From Malacoraja senta (Eukaryota), in the NCBI GenBank assembly GCA_038087875.1, contig CM075988.1, positions 24,986,001 to 25,050,000 of the forward strand: DNA of 64,000 nt, read 5' to 3'. The position numbers and the translations under genes were made by a program. Positions 14,101-27,923 of the stretch are shown one piece after another. Within the stretch, counting starts at the first letter, position 1. Each line of letters opens with the position of its first letter. The notes below the pieces were generated by a model. It was not told the DNA's origin. It worked only from the letters and a program-made list of their open reading frames with translations, and made no database searches.

Positions 14101-14488
14101 TCAAGTCAAGTCAAGTCAAGTCAAGTCAAGTGAGTTTATTGTCATGTGTCCCTGATAGGACAATGAAATTCTTGCTTTGCTTCAGCACAACAGAACATAG
14201 TAGGCATTGACTACAAGGCATTCTATGAATATATACACACATGAATCAATATACTGATAAAGTGCAAATAACAGTTAATTGGCTAATAAAGTTCAGTGTT
14301 TTGTCCGAGCCAGGTTTAATTGCCTGATGCCTGTGGGGAAGCAGCTATTCCTGAACCTGGTCGTTGCAGTCTTCGGCTCCTGTACCTTCTACCTGAAGGT
14401 AGTAGGGAGATGGGTGTGTGGCCAGGATGGTGTGGGTCCTTGATGATACTGCCAGCCTTTTTGAGGCAGCGACTGTGATAGATCCCCG
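14101..14488 (-). mobile_element. Rex1/Babar-like LINE 3' end
   Basis: The - strand encodes frameshifted LPSGRRYRS..TTRFRNSCFP; (CTTGA)n tail. Confidence 0.7.
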
Positions 14489-14899
14489 GTTCCCATCTAG
14501 TCTCTGAGTCCGTTTTTGCCTCCTAACAGAATTGTGAAGTACCTTCGGCATGGGCAAGTTGGGTTACAGCGCCTGTTTTTGTTCTGTGTAACACCATGAC
14601 TCAAAGACTCCTGACTTCTTTAGCAAGGTTAGGGGATGCTATTTAAATCCAAGTTGTTGTTGTAAGATGTACTTCTTTGCATGACTTCCTCTATTTTTTT
14701 CAAAGGTTCTGTCATGCAAGTCAGCAGCTGATTCCAGCGTGCAAATTGAAGGCATCACTGGTTCTACTAATTATAAATCAGAGGAAAAATAGAAAGATCA
14801 AAATCACCAGAGGACCCTGACTAGATTTTTTCCACGCTTAAACCCGTTTCAACATTAAGTGGCATCATGACTGTTTTGTAGTCTTACTCTCTAATCCCA

Positions 14900-15560
14900 C
14901 ATTTGCTCCAAATCCTTTAACTTATTTTATTAACAAAAAGTCTGTCAATCTCAAATTTTAACCTGGCAATTAAATGCAATCACTTGTGGAAAAGAGTTCT
15001 AAATGTATTCTTCCCACTGCGTTTGGGTGTTTTCTAACCTCTCCCCAAAACCCTAATGCTAATTATTAGCCAATGCTCACCAGGTCCAGATTCCAGAATC
15101 AATGGAGCGTTTTCCTCTCGTTCAACTCTATCTGTTGCCATTAATATCAGGACAACCACAATTAAATGACCCTTAACCTAAATTCCAGAGATACAAATTT
15201 AATTTGTGTAATGTCCCTTGGCAACTTAACTCTTGGGATCTATTCGAGAAAATACATGGTGCATTCTTAAGGCCAAGGTGCCCAAACTGTTTTTGATACT
15301 CCAAGTAGTCAAATTGGGTTTAGTGTGGCTGAAGCATTTCTTCTATTCACGTGTATTCTGGACCTGTTGATATATATCCAGCATATCATTAGTTTTTTGA
15401 AATTCCAATGACCATGAGATTTCAAGACCAAAAATGACTTGGTCTCTTTGAACCTCTCCTGCTCCATCATTCAGAAAGGACTCCTTTTCAGATCTAAAGA
15501 GGATGATCTCATGTTTGGTTAAATTGAAACCATTTACCACAGTTTTGCCCACTCACTTCC
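14900..15560 (-). mobile_element. Old CR1 LINE remnant
   Basis: Degenerate similarity to CR1 ORF2 end (GCCCAAACTG..ATACTCCAAGT; GEVQRD motif). Confidence 0.45.
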
Positions 15561-15984
15561 TCCACTGGTCCAAGACTTAATGCCACCCCCCAGCTCTCTG
15601 CTAATTTACGTGGTGTGTAGAGGACTTCAGTTTATTGGCTCTGTGATCGTCAACAGTCAGCCATTTTAAAATAGCAAGGCCTTGCGTGGTGACGGGACCT
15701 TGTCTGACATTATTGCCTCAATCGGTCAGCCATCAAACAGATGAAAGGAGCTTAGATGACAGGCAAAAACCGCATCCCTGACATTTGGAGACGTTAAAAA
15801 ATGTTCATAAACTATTAAATAGCTATGAAACGATCAAATCGTTTTCGCACTTTTAAATTCAAATCTTTAAACTACTACTTCAGAAATCTTTTACTTCACA
15901 GTAGTAACAACTGGGATTTTTAGACCTGTAGAGGGGAAGTTACAGAGCTCAGCATTCCATATGAAGCATTAAACCTTCTCAAGC

Positions 15985-16233
15985 TTATGTACACGTTGTA
16001 TGGCCCTATTTTGAAGAGAGCAGGGAAGATCTTCCTGGTGCCCCGGCCAATATTCATCTCTCAGTGAATATTAATACAATTATGAAGTTGCTGCTTACTG
16101 GACTTTGCTGCGTACAGAATGGGCATCGTTTTCCATTTGTTATAACCGTGACAATACTACAATGGTATTTTATTGGTTGTAAAACACTTCAGAGTGCCAG
16201 AGTCGGGGAAGTAGTATAAATTTGAATTCTTTC
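15985..16233 (+). mobile_element. Ancient Deu-domain SINE (SacSINE1/AmnSINE-like)
   Basis: TTTGAAGAGAGCAGGG..CCTGGTGCCCCGGCCAATATT..TTTGCTGCGTACA..ATTGGTTGTAAAACACTT, with an L2-like tail. Confidence 0.6.
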
Positions 16234-17594
16234 CGTAAACTATTTGGTTAGAAAATGATCCAAGTCCGATAATGCTTTATTGATCTGCTTTCTAGTGTTG
16301 CATTGAATAACACTGGAAAAAATTGGTTTGATCCACAGATTATATCTGGTTTAACCAGAGGAAGCTATGCATGCAATTATTTTTCAGTTTCATTCATAGG
16401 ATAGAACCACTTGATCAAATTGGTCAAATTTCTTATGAGCAACTCTTCTTCAATTTACTCTTATCGTTTATTTTCTAAGTTGTGGTAGAATAGCTATTTC
16501 TCTTCTTCGTGCAAGGGGGACTGGGGATTCAAATCCCAGAGGTTTCCGCATTGATTGTGCTGCTGTTAATGTAACAGCTCGTTCAGCTTATTGTTCAGAT
16601 GGCTCGTGAGTGAAGAGACTGTTTAATGGGTGGTTGGCAGCAGAGATTTTACTCCAATTAAACAGGCTGAGGCAATAGAAAAGAAAGCTAAAGAAATAAA
16701 TTCTTTAACGCTTGGCTGGAGCTTCAGGAAAAATGATTTGAATGCATTAGTCATCTTGCAACATGAATCCCTTGCAACCAAACCGCTGTGCCCTGTGGCG
16801 TTTGTAGGTAAGGAAATGGGAGGTCAGGGTTGCTCTTCAAACCAACAAGCTCAGCTTATCAAACTCAACATTTTTGGAGCTTTTGTATTTCAGCTGGGTT
16901 TTTTCCAAACTGAATTAACAAGTCTGTAATTAGCAAATTAAAGCATTGCAGATTTTGTTTGAGTTCCAATAATGGGTGTTCGGGCTGGAGTTTGCGTTTT
17001 CTTTGGGCCCTGCGGTCTGCTCCTGATTGAGCAGCCGATGGTGTTCGGGCATTGTGTGCCGGGCAACGGATTCGAGGCGACAATTCCTTTTCACTTGCAA
17101 ATGCCCCTCGAGCCAGTGGCTTTCTCCATCAGTGTCTTTTTAGATTGTGACCACGAAATGCTGTGCCATACCTTGTAGGTTATAGAGGTTTCCATGCCAT
17201 AACCCCATAACCTACAAGGTTTTGGACTGAGAACTGGAAAGCGCATCAGTCTCAATAGCCCTTTTGTAGCCAATGTGGATACAAATATCCCTCTGTGCCA
17301 TAAATTTTTAACATTTCACCACTGAAGATTCCATGACTCTAAACATTAATTACAGGCAAAGGACTAAAACACGTCTGGTGCTCATGCATTGACCTGCACA
17401 AGGCTTCAAATTCAATAGAGAAGATCTTGAACCATACAGCGTGGGAATCAACTTAGCAAACTCTGCCTATGCTGGTTGTATATTCTTCTACTGGTTACAT
17501 TATGTCTGTGACCACTTACTTTTCTGTTGTTGGAAACTGTTTTTTTGTCAAAACCCTTCATAACTTCGATTTCTTAATATCAACTTTTCTTAGG

Positions 17595-18030
17595 AGAATT
17601 TTAGAGAGAGGTTGAGCAGGCGAGGACTTTATTCCTTGGAGCGCAGAAGGATGAAGGGTGATATTATAGAGGTGTACATGGTAATGAGAGGAATAGGTAG
17701 GGTAAATGCGCAGAGTCTTTCACCAGAGGGGGAATCGAGAATAGGAGGACATAGGTTTAAGGTGAGGGGGAGATTTAATAGGATCCCGAGGGCCAACTTT
17801 TTAACACAAAGGGAGGTAAGTGCATGGAACAAACTGCTGGAGGGGTTAGTTGAGGCAGGTACTATCACAGTGTTTAAGAAAGGTTTAGACAGGTATATTG
17901 AATAGGAGAGATTTAGTGGGATATGGGCCAATTGCAGGCAGGTGGGACGGAACAAGTGTAGATGGGACATGTTGGCCTGCGTGGGCAAGTTGGGCTGAAG
18001 GGCCTGTTTTCACACTGGATCACTATGAGA
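17595..18030 (+). mobile_element. CR1 (HER1-like) LINE ORF2 C-terminus and 3' UTR
   Basis: ORF 17612-17905 GLYSLERRRMKGDIIEVY..GHRFKV..NFLTQREVSAWNKL is the CR1 ORF2 end; the tail is shared with the HE1 SINE. Confidence 0.88.
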
Positions 18031-19029
18031 ATAATTCCTCAATCATCAGCCTATCTGTGTTTCTTAAATCCACCACCCCAGAATTCCCCCTTAACTTTAC
18101 AGATGCCTTTTCTAGCCCCTTGCACCCCTCCAGACATGTAGTGCCCACAATTGAACACAATGGGACCTAACTAGGGATATTTAAAGATCTGATGTAATAA
18201 AGCAATGGAAGATGAGAGGGAAATCATCAAATCTTAGCTTCAGAAAGACAAATAGAGCAAAGGTATTGGAAGATTTCATTTGCTCGAGTAAGGTTGACTC
18301 GTTTTCCACAGAATTAGCCACTGCTGACCCTTCACCGACGTAGAGAAAAAGCCACCATTGATGAGTGAGCCTGTAATCTTGTGGCTTTGGAGAAGAACAC
18401 ACAGCAGATTGTTCTAAGCTGAAACCCAACACCAGGAGAATTTGCACTAATACTAGGGAATACAATCAAAGCAAAACATTGAGTGAAACGTTCAAAGATA
18501 ATTGTACTTCAAATTGACTGCAATTGTTTTTTTCATAATTGTTGTGAAATAAGCTGACCATAGAAACCATTCTTCATTGAGTAAAAATTTATTTTCCAAT
18601 ATTTTGGGCCTGATGACCGAATGATTAATCATATATTTCGTGTGACTCATGCTTTTGCTTTTCCCTTTCTGTTCTTGCTCAACTCTTCCTGCTTCAACAT
18701 TTTTTCCATCTTTCTCTGTGCCATTAGCTTTAATTTCTTCTTAAAACCAATCCCAGTCAGTGCCATCTCATCCCTCTACCTTCTGGTTGCTGAACAGAAA
18801 ATGCAGATTTAATTTATTGGTGAAAGAGCCCAAGGAAACGGGTTTATTGTAAGGCTAGTGGAAATGGATGTGACAGAGAGCAAGGGCTGAGGTACCTATT
18901 GAATTGTTCGTTCAAAGTGCTACCCTACAGATACCATGCACCAAATCACCTCCATCATTGCTATCTTCACTGATAATATGATTCTTCTTTCCCAACTTTT
19001 CTATCCCAATCCAGGAATTCTGTCCCTGA

Positions 19030-19161
19030 TTTGTGTATTGGTCTTTATAACTTATTTTTTTAAATTCTGATTATATGTTTTCTATAAATCTCTGTAAGGT
19101 GTCCTTGAGACCTCGGTATAAGGCGCCCATAAATAAAATTCATTATTATTATTATTATTAT
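19030..19161 (+). mobile_element. L2-type LINE 3' tail
   Basis: TGTAAGGTGTCCTTGAG..AAGGCGCC..ATAAATAAAAT(TAT)n. Confidence 0.65.
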
Positions 19162-20046
19162 CTGTACCAATCAGCTGTTTTCCATTCTCACCTCATTCAT
19201 CCTTTCTTCCCAGAAAGATGTAGCACAGCGGGAAGAATAAAAGCATCCAATAATCTTGTAAATATGAGGAATAATAATGAACTAAGGTGAATGGGTGGTC
19301 GATGGTGCCTGTGGATTCAGTGCGTTGAAGGGCCCATTTCCATGCTATATCCTCGAAACTAACCTGAATTAAACCACCATACCACAGGACAAATCTTTGC
19401 ACAGACACAGATTCTTTGAAATAGTGTACAGGTCATCTCGGGAACTTGTCTGTACGGTCTAGATTCATGTGGAAAACCTTAGCCAAACCCAAACCCAGCA
19501 TCAGTGGGTAGATTATATACAACAAAGAGACGTTGGAAAGACTTCAAAGCTTATGTTTTGCAAAGTCAGAGTGTTGTAAGTCCTTTATAACCCACAATGT
19601 ACATTTTGAATTAGATTTATTGTTGTAAAAGAGGAAACGAATCAGACAATTTGCTGCAAGCTCCCAGAAACATAAATGGAGTAATTATCAATGAACTATT
19701 TTTTATGATGTTGGTTGGAGAATACATATTGATTAGAACATGAGGAAAAACTCCTTGCAATTTAGAACGAAAAAGAATAGAAGCAGGGGAAGGCCCCTCA
19801 AGCCTTTCTAATATTCAATATGACTTTGGCTTATCTGCGATTCTCTTCACATTCCCACTTAATTCGCATTGGTGTCCAAAAAACTATTGTTCCTTGCCTT
19901 GAATCTACTCAATGACCAAGCATCCATGGCCCTCTGGAGTACAGCTTTAACACAATTCACCCCAAACAGGTCTCGTACCACAGACATAATGGCTAGACTC
20001 TTTACCTTAGACCGAAGCCCAAGGTTCTATAACCTGTGAAGACCAT

Positions 20047-20174
20047 TTGAGGAAGGTTCTTGACCCGAAGCATCACCCATCCCTTCTCTCCAGAGATGCT
20101 GCCTGTCCCGCTAAGTTACTTCAGCATTTTGTATCCATCTTCGGTGTAAACCAGCATCTGCAGTTCCTTCCTAC
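20047..20174 (+). mobile_element. Penelope-like repeat fragment (degenerate core)
   Basis: Family sequence. Similar copies at ~4038-4100, ~12083-12177, ~26793-26926, ~39538-39610, ~50408-50530, ~51210-51330. Confidence 0.65.
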
Positions 20175-21025
20175 TCGAGACAAGGAGAATATTGGACAGT
20201 GTGGAAGACTGCAAGTAGTGCAGAAACAATGTTCTTGAAATGAAGCATCTGTAATGAGTGGGAGGGAGGGGAAAGTTTCTGTGATCTAACAACAACCACA
20301 CATTCCGGTGGTTGGGACTGAATAGGCAAGAGTGTGTGCAGTAAATGTAGGGAGGAGGGAGGAACTGTTAGTGGGGGGGTGTACATGATCTGAAGAGAAA
20401 TACTGTAAAGAACTAAAACCCTCCTGCCCCTATCAGCAGTGTGGGAAGTAAGAAAATCTAGAAGATAAACAGCCAATTGTTTGAGAAGGATAGTGTGGTG
20501 AATGCTTTCCCACTTTGATCTCTATCTTCCGAGATTGGAATTCATGGAAAATTTCCCCCAGACACCAATCTATATACCATGCACTTTTTACATTAGCTTT
20601 GTGTAACCCTGAATGCAGTCACTAATCCTGAAGGTGCCACGATTCTGGCTGCTCTTGGTAACAGACAGTTTGTGTCAGCTTTGTATTCCCGTCAATTTTT
20701 GCGGACATTAAAGAATAGGCTTGGGTGATGGGGGGTTGGGGGCAAGGAGGGGTTAACCCTCACATTGGATAAACTCTGCTTTCCTTTCTATCTTTCAGTT
20801 TATCTCTTCCCCTGTCGTGCCTGCAGCTGCTGCCACCCTGTGCTCTGAAAATCCCTTCTTAAACTGTTCTGCTTCCCTGCCGCTCCGAGACACTCCTTAT
20901 ACCCAGCCCCTTTGATCAAACTTTTGGTCATCTGCCCTATGTAATTCGGTGTAAAATTTTGTCCGATTCGGTTGCTGTGAAGTGCCTTGGTGACTTTTTA
21001 CACTGTTAAAGTCTCGTAAAAATGT

Positions 21026-21160
21026 GTGTTTAAGAAAGAACTGCAGATGCTGGTAAAATCGAAGGTAGACAAAAATGCTGCAGAAACTCAGCGGGTGAGG
21101 CAGCATCTATGGAGCGAAGGAATAGGTGACGTTTCGGGTCGAGACCCTTCTTCAGACTGA
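21026..21160 (-). mobile_element. Penelope-like terminal-repeat fragment with intact hammerhead core (21128-21155)
   Basis: Reverse complement reads CTGAAGA-A-GGGT-CTCG-ACCC-GAAA-CGTC. Direct repeat ATGTGTGTT at 21022-21030 and 21160-21168. Confidence 0.75.
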
Positions 21161-21583
21161 TGTGTGTTGTTATTTCAAAGCGTACTGGTTTCTCTTGATA
21201 TGTGGCATCTCACCCTCATTCCAAGAGAACTGGACAGTGAACATCAGCAACCTGTGGCAGAGGACAAAAGATCAACAATATTTCCAGGTTACTCAATAGC
21301 GGACATGAATGGGAGTTTGGATATTTTTTATTATGCCCTTTGGCTCAGTGATACTGAAATACATGTCTAAATTCCCAAACTCCTGATAATCTCAGAAATC
21401 AAATTTGGCCCAAGGTCTGGATCAGCACAGACTATTCATTCATTGACTATGCCTGAAAATGGCCTCTCCTTTACTGGAGAAGCCATTTTGCTGCCTGTTA
21501 GAAAATCCTTTAAACAGCAAAAAGAGGTTGAATGGAATTCCATCCTTTGTTGCATTATTCCATTACCATTACCATTATCTTTC

Positions 21584-21680
21584 AAGATAGACACAAAATA
21601 CTGGAGTGGCTCAGCGGGTCAGGCAGCATCTCTGGATAGAAGAAATGGGCGACGTTTCTGGTCGAGCCCCTTCTTCAGAC
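21584..21680 (-). mobile_element. Penelope-like repeat fragment
   Basis: Family sequence; direct repeat ACCATTATC at 21571-21579 and 21679-21687. Confidence 0.7.
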
Positions 21681-21732
21681 CATTATCATTCAGCCCATTT
21701 ATGGATGCTGATTTTAATTTCTGTCTGTTGAG

Positions 21733-22040
21733 TTTAGTTTAGTTTAGAAATTCAGCATGGAAACAGGCTCTTCAGTCCACCAAGTCCCGCTGACCATCGA
21801 TCGCCCGTTCTAACCAACTCTATGTTATCCCACTTCCCCACACAGTAGGGGCAATTTTACAGAGGACAATTGACCCACAAACCCGCACCTCTTTGAGATG
21901 TAGGACGAAACCAGAGCACCCGGAGGAAACCCACCTGGTCACAGGGGGGGAACGTGTAAACTCCACACAGGTAGTACCCGAGGTCAGAATCGAACTCAGT
22001 CTCTGTCACTGTGTGGCAGCAGCTTTACCACTGTGCCACC
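21733..22040 (-). mobile_element. HE1-type V-SINE
   Basis: Same family, near full length. Confidence 0.82.
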
Positions 22041-24487
22041 CACAAATGACATCCTGCTGGTTAATGCAGCACTGTAATGAAACCGTCCCTGAATTACCAG
22101 GGCGATGTGTGTTTTGTGTTGGACTTTCCTAATACTTATGATTTGCACAGTCAAATGAATTAACATGAAAAATGAAGATGACATTTTCCAGCTCTTTTCT
22201 TCTGGGAGTTTGGAAGATGGTACAGGTCAGGGTGAGATAAAAGAAACAGAGAATAATTTCTCCATTTGTCCGTGCTGAACATTCTAACTCCTGTGGATTT
22301 TGTAATTGATCATTTATCACCAGGAAATTAAAGTTCCTGCAAGTTATTCATTGGTGTTTCGCAGAGTATCCGTCTCAGAATGAAGCAAGCGGGTATCAAA
22401 TGGGAAAACGAGCATTTCTATAGCTTTAGAATGTGTCAAAGTATTTAACAGGCAATGATGCAGTTTAGTATGGTCAATATTGTATCGTAGGAAATGTGAT
22501 TGTCTGTTTGCACAAATCAAGATTCCACAATAAGTGGTGGAATAACGGAGCAGGTCATCTTGCTTGAGGGGTAAATGCAAAGTAGAACTCTTAGAGACTT
22601 TGTGGTGTGGCATCCTTTACACCATCGGTATAGTATGAAAAGTCGAGGCTTAACACTTCACCTAAATTATGAACTGGGCTTCCCTCCAAATCTCTTCATC
22701 AATGCGGTGAAGTGTCAGATGGGATCATATGCTGACCTGCTGAGCTTTTTGACTTAAGCTGGAGTGTTGATGGTGTGAAGAATCTCAACGCAACCTGACC
22801 CTCCCATTTGGCCGTGGATACTGTAGGCCCGTATGCATGATTCCTCCATGTAGGGCAAGGAGGGGGACAGCAAACAGGTACTGGGAGTCATCATTAATTA
22901 CAGCGCTTTAATTGTTTCCTCCTCTCCCAAATGCACTGTTTGTTTTGCAGGTAATGAGAACTCCAGGAGTATCGCCATTCTCTCAAGAGGGTCTGTGACA
23001 ATAGCACGAGTTAGCTCGTGAAGCAGATATGAGCCCTGTTCTCTCTCCTACCAAAAACCAATGGGTGAAAGTAGGAATGGTCGTCATTTAAAATTTGTCA
23101 TTTTCCAAATTTCTTTCTGTTTATCTTAAGATGAAAAGTTACATTTTAGGAAGAAATAACGCAAATGTAGATTGCATTATTAAAGTCCTTTATCGCGGTA
23201 AACATACCAAATAACTTAATTGGGGTGTATTTCAGCAATAGTTTGGCCTGTACGCCATATGAGAGGAGATTATGATGGATGGGGAAAAGGTTAACCCCGA
23301 AGGTAGCTTTTCTTGGGGGCACCTTAAATGAGGTGAAAGACAGAGAGATACTGAGGCAGCTTTCTCAAAGCGCTGGCCGAGGCTTGATGGATTGAATGGG
23401 CTCCAGCTAAGTAGTGAGGGTCTACCATGTGCACAGGTTGTCATGGAGACGTGTGTCAAGAATGGCGCCATCAAATTCTATGTCTATGAAGAGACTTTGC
23501 AGCGTTAGCCTGCCAAGCTCTTAGAAATTGTTGGACTAAATTGGACAACAAAGAGCTGACATGGTTTTAGAATTGGCAAATGTGCATGGATCAACCACAA
23601 CCTTTTATTGGGCATTGCTTCCAAATGCAAGTTATAGGCGAATTACCTTTCTTTGGACCGACATCCACAGGCCTCAGTGGCCATGGTATGGTCATGAATG
23701 AAGGGCAGATTCTTGTCCAATTTACAATGACTGGTGGTGTGGACAAGTTGGGCCGAAGGGCCTGTTTTCACACTGTAAGACTCTATGACACAGCCAAGGG
23801 GTCTGAGATGAGGTACTAGATTTCAAACTAGGGCATATTACAATCATTTCTGGATGACTATCTTTCTGGTTGTCTTTTGAGCACAGCCTAGCAACGGGCA
23901 CAACGGGCTCAAATGTAATGAGGAAGGGTTAGTAAGCAGTCTTGTTCTACTCCTTCACTGCTTACACAGATATTTGAGATGGAGGAACATCATTGGAAAT
24001 CTCATTCTCTGCACCCCATAATTCGATCTGTAGCTCTTCATGTCCAGAAACATTGTCATAAACCAATATAGCACATTAGGGAGGTTCTGGAGAGCTTTTC
24101 AGTGCATTAAACCAGACCAGATGGATTCTGGGAGGGCACTAATCCAGCTTTTGGATTCTGCAACTGCTTTTAATCATTGCTTCATGAGTACAGTTTGCGG
24201 TATTGTTCAATCTTTTTGATCGAGTCCCACTCTGGTGAACGGAGCCGGAAAGAATTCCGGAGGCCGTGAAGATCAGAGATATTCTTATGTCATCTCCACA
24301 CCTCACCATAGCTCTCCTCCGATCCACTAATGAAACCATCATTGTGTCATTGTGGCTCAGTGGCCTTATTTCCTCTTCAAGTTGAGAAGATTTGGAGTTC
24401 AAGTCACACTATAGAAACTTCAGCACATAGCAGAAGGTTTAACATTCCCAGTGAAGTACAGTGCATTAACCTGTAGAAGTGTGAATT

Positions 24488-24732
24488 TTTCTTTTCACAC
24501 AGAGAGTGGTGAATCTGTGGAATTCTCTGCCACAGAAAGTAGTTGAGGCAGTTCATTGGCTATATTTAAGAGGGAGTTAGATGTGGCCCTTGTGGCTAAG
24601 GAATCAGGGGGTATGGAGAGAAGGCGGTGCAGGATACTGAGTTGGATGATCAGCCATGATCATATTGAATGGCGGTGCAGGCTCGAAGGGGCCGAATGGC
24701 CTACTCCTGCACCTATTTTCTATGTTTCTATG
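24488..24732 (+). mobile_element. CR1 LINE 3' end
   Basis: TTTTCACACAGAGAGTGGTGAATCTGTGGAATTCTCTGCC (FTQRVVNLWNSLP) through the (TTCTATGT)n tail. Confidence 0.88.
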
Positions 24733-24814
24733 AATCTTCATTTCATTCTTTAAAATGCCTGAAGAAGGATCCACGTTGGATGTTAAGGCCTAAACTAACA
24801 ATAAGCAAGTCACA

Positions 24815-25950
24815 CATGGAATATAAAACAGTACACCTTGGAAACAGCCATTTGGTCTATGATATCTGTGCCAAATTAAACTAATACCTTCCGCCTGCTT
24901 GTGATCTATACCCCTTCAGTCCCTGCATATTCAAGTGCCGGCCCCTTAAAACATCACTATCGTATCTGCTTCCACCCCCACCCTTGGCAAAGTGTTCCAA
25001 GCGTCACCAGCCACCAAATAAAACATTTGCCCTGCACATCTGTAAATGTTCCCCCTGACTTTAAAACTATGCCCTCGAGCCTTTGACATTTTCACCCTGG
25101 GGAAAAGGCTCTGACTGTCTATGTCTCTCTTACTTTTATTCTTCTTCTATCAGGTCTCCGCTCATCCTCCAATGCTCTAGAGAAAACAGTCAAATTTGTC
25201 CAACCTCGACTCATAGTCAATACCCTCTAATACAGGCAGCATCCTGGTAAATAACTACTGCACCCTCTCCAAAACCTCCACACCCTTTCTGTAACGGATG
25301 ACCAGAATTGCATGCAATGCTCCATAAGTTTTATGAAAATGTAATGTGACTTGCTGACTCTTCTACTCAATGTCCTGAACATATGTTTAAGAAAGAACTG
25401 CAGATGCTGGAAAAATCGAAGGTAGACAAAAAATGCTGGAGAAACTCAGCGGGTGAGGCAGCATCTATGGAGAGATGGAATTGGCGACGCTTCTCCAGCA
25501 TTTTTTGTCTACCTTCCAACTATACGTATGCCTTCTTTAGTATTCTACCTACTTGTGTTGCTATATTCGGGGAGCTATAAGCTATAAGCTTGGACTCCAA
25601 GATCCCTTTGAATATCTAAGCTATTAAGGCTCTTGTTATTAACTGTCTACTTTCCCTGACATTTCACCTCCAAATTGCAATCACTCACACTTGCTCAGAT
25701 TAAACTCATCTGCCATTTCTCCATCCACGTCAGTAACTGATCTATATGTACAAACTTACTAAACAACCATTTACATTTTTGTCTAAGTCATTTATATATA
25801 AATCACAAACAACAGATATCCCGGTACTGATCTTTGCAGAACACCACTGGTCACAAACCTCCAACCAGAATAACACCCTTTCACCACAATCCTCTGTCTT
25901 CAATGTACAAGCCAATTGTGAAACTAAACTACCAGCTCAATGTGCATCTT
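24815..25950 (-). mobile_element. CR1 LINE remnant (3' ~1 kb), interrupted by a Penelope-like insert
   Basis: Degenerate reverse complement of CR1 ORF2 (CCAGAATTGCATGCAATGCTCCA; CTCATCTGCCATTTCTC). Confidence 0.65.
25385..25516. mobile_element. Penelope-like fold-back copy nested in a CR1 remnant
   Basis: GAAGGTAGACAAAAAATGCTGGAGAA ... TTCTCCAGCATTTTTTGTCTACCTTC inverted repeat. Confidence 0.7.
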
Positions 25951-25954
25951 AGGA

Positions 25955-26375
25955 TGCACATTCCCATTTAGAATGAGACGAGGAAACACTTTTTCTCACA
26001 GAGAGTGTGAGTCTGTGGAATTCTCTGCCTCAGAGGGCGGTGGAGGCAGGTTCTCTGGATGCTTTCAAGAGAGAGTTAGATAGGGCTCTTAAAAATAGCA
26101 GAGTCAGGGGATATGGGGAGAAGGCAGGAACGGGGTACTGATTGGGGATGATCAGCCATGATCACATTGAATGGCAGTGCTGGCTCGAAGGGCCAAATGG
26201 CCAACTCCTGCACCTATTGTCTATTGTCTATTGTCTATCTTAATCTTCTGGATCACCCTCCCATGAGGTACTGAGTGCAGGTAGATGGGACTAGGGGAGA
26301 ATAAGTGTTCGGCACGGACTAGAAGGGCCGAGATGGCCTGTTTCCGTGCTGTAATTGTTATATGGTTATATGGTC
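25955..26375 (+). mobile_element. Young CR1 LINE 3' end plus a second short LINE tail
   Basis: FSQRV-SLWNSLPQRAVEA motif with (CTATTGT)n tail to ~26237. A second tail at 26272-26375 ends in (TATGGTTA)n. Confidence 0.85.
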
Positions 26376-27923
26376 ATATCAAAATGTATACTAAAATGAA
26401 ACAATTTTGTACTGCACCACAGTCATAATTCCTATCCTTTTTTAAATAATAGCACAGTTTATGTTCATGTAACACTTTTGACAATGTCAGATCAGGTCAA
26501 GGTAATCTTCAGTCAATTAACTACTTAGATGTACACTCTCTGATAAAAATGCATGGCCAAAAACCCACAGATAACAAAATGACAATGATGGGATAACTTA
26601 TTGTCTTGAGGGAACAATATTTGTTCCAGGGATACCAAGCAGAATCTATCACACCCTCTGTCCTGTCTTCAAGATGGTGCCATGTGGTTTTTCCATACAC
26701 CTATTTAGTAGAGGGGAGGGGAGTTAAATAGCAGTGGGTATAAATGTGGCCATAATCTAACTCCATTTGCTACTGTGCTGAACATTTAAATGAGTCTGAA
26801 GAAGGTCTCGACCCAAATCGTTCACCCATACCTTCTCTCCAGAGATGCTGCCTGTCCCGCTGAGCTTCTCCAGCTTTTTGTGTCTATCTTCAGTTTGAAC
26901 CAGCATCTGCAGTTCCTTCCTACACATTTAAATGTATGTGACTGAAGATGGTTTACCCCAGGAATCCCAACAATACAGTAGTCCCTCAATATATCATCCC
27001 ACATGGAGCTTTTTTGTACTCACAGAAATCAATAGTTGTGGAATGAAAGCCAGACCTATCTATTCATCAATGTTACGTTTATTCCAACACTCTGCATTAG
27101 TTGATGATTCCTATTGACCTATGGTTTTATGCATCGGAGCCCAAATGCCAGCATGAGATGTAGTTATCAAAGGCAAGGTCCAATATTTATTGCTCTTCCT
27201 TGCTTAGCAATGGGAAGATTGTGGTTCTTATTCGTAAGCTACTGTGGCCCTTGTGGTGAAAGTCATCTCACTGTGCTGGCAGGTAGGAAATCTCAGAATT
27301 GTGACCCAGTGATGTTAGTATCTGTCTACATCTGGGTGGTCAGTGACTCGGAGGAAAAGTAGAGTTGTGCAGTTCCCATACCTCTGCTGACCTCAGTCAT
27401 CTAGTTGCTGTAGCCAGCTCTCATGGACAGAAAAATAACAACGATTGTTTTGAGGGACCAATATTTGTACCGGGAATACCAAGAAGAATCCATCACCTCT
27501 TCTGACCTGTCTTCAAAGTGGTTCCATGGGGCTTTTGCATAACAATGAGTTTGTATTATTTGCTATTGCAGAAGAAAGTACAATTCTCTGCCCCCCCCCC
27601 CCCCCCCCTCTGTAAATTGAAGTATTTTCAAATATCACTACTGTTAAAGCGTGGCTTTAATTAAAAAAATTAGGTCCCAGCCACAGCAACTATTGGAGAT
27701 AGTTTCTTTCCATCTACCCCACCTTTTGATATTAAGATATTGAACATTTGAATCAAATGATGCCTTGGTATACTAAATTCGATGGAAAACAATTTAGCTT
27801 CTGTAATTTTTGCTTGTAATTTAGCCCATGGATCCTGGGGTTTCTGTTACCCTAGGGTAACATCTTCAAGGACTTTGTGCCCTTCTTAAGGTGTAGTGCC
27901 CAATCTCCATATAACTGTAGCAG

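Noticed and set aside
17612-17905. Protein-like ORF as a host gene
   Set aside because: C-terminal CR1 ORF2 fragment of a truncated LINE.
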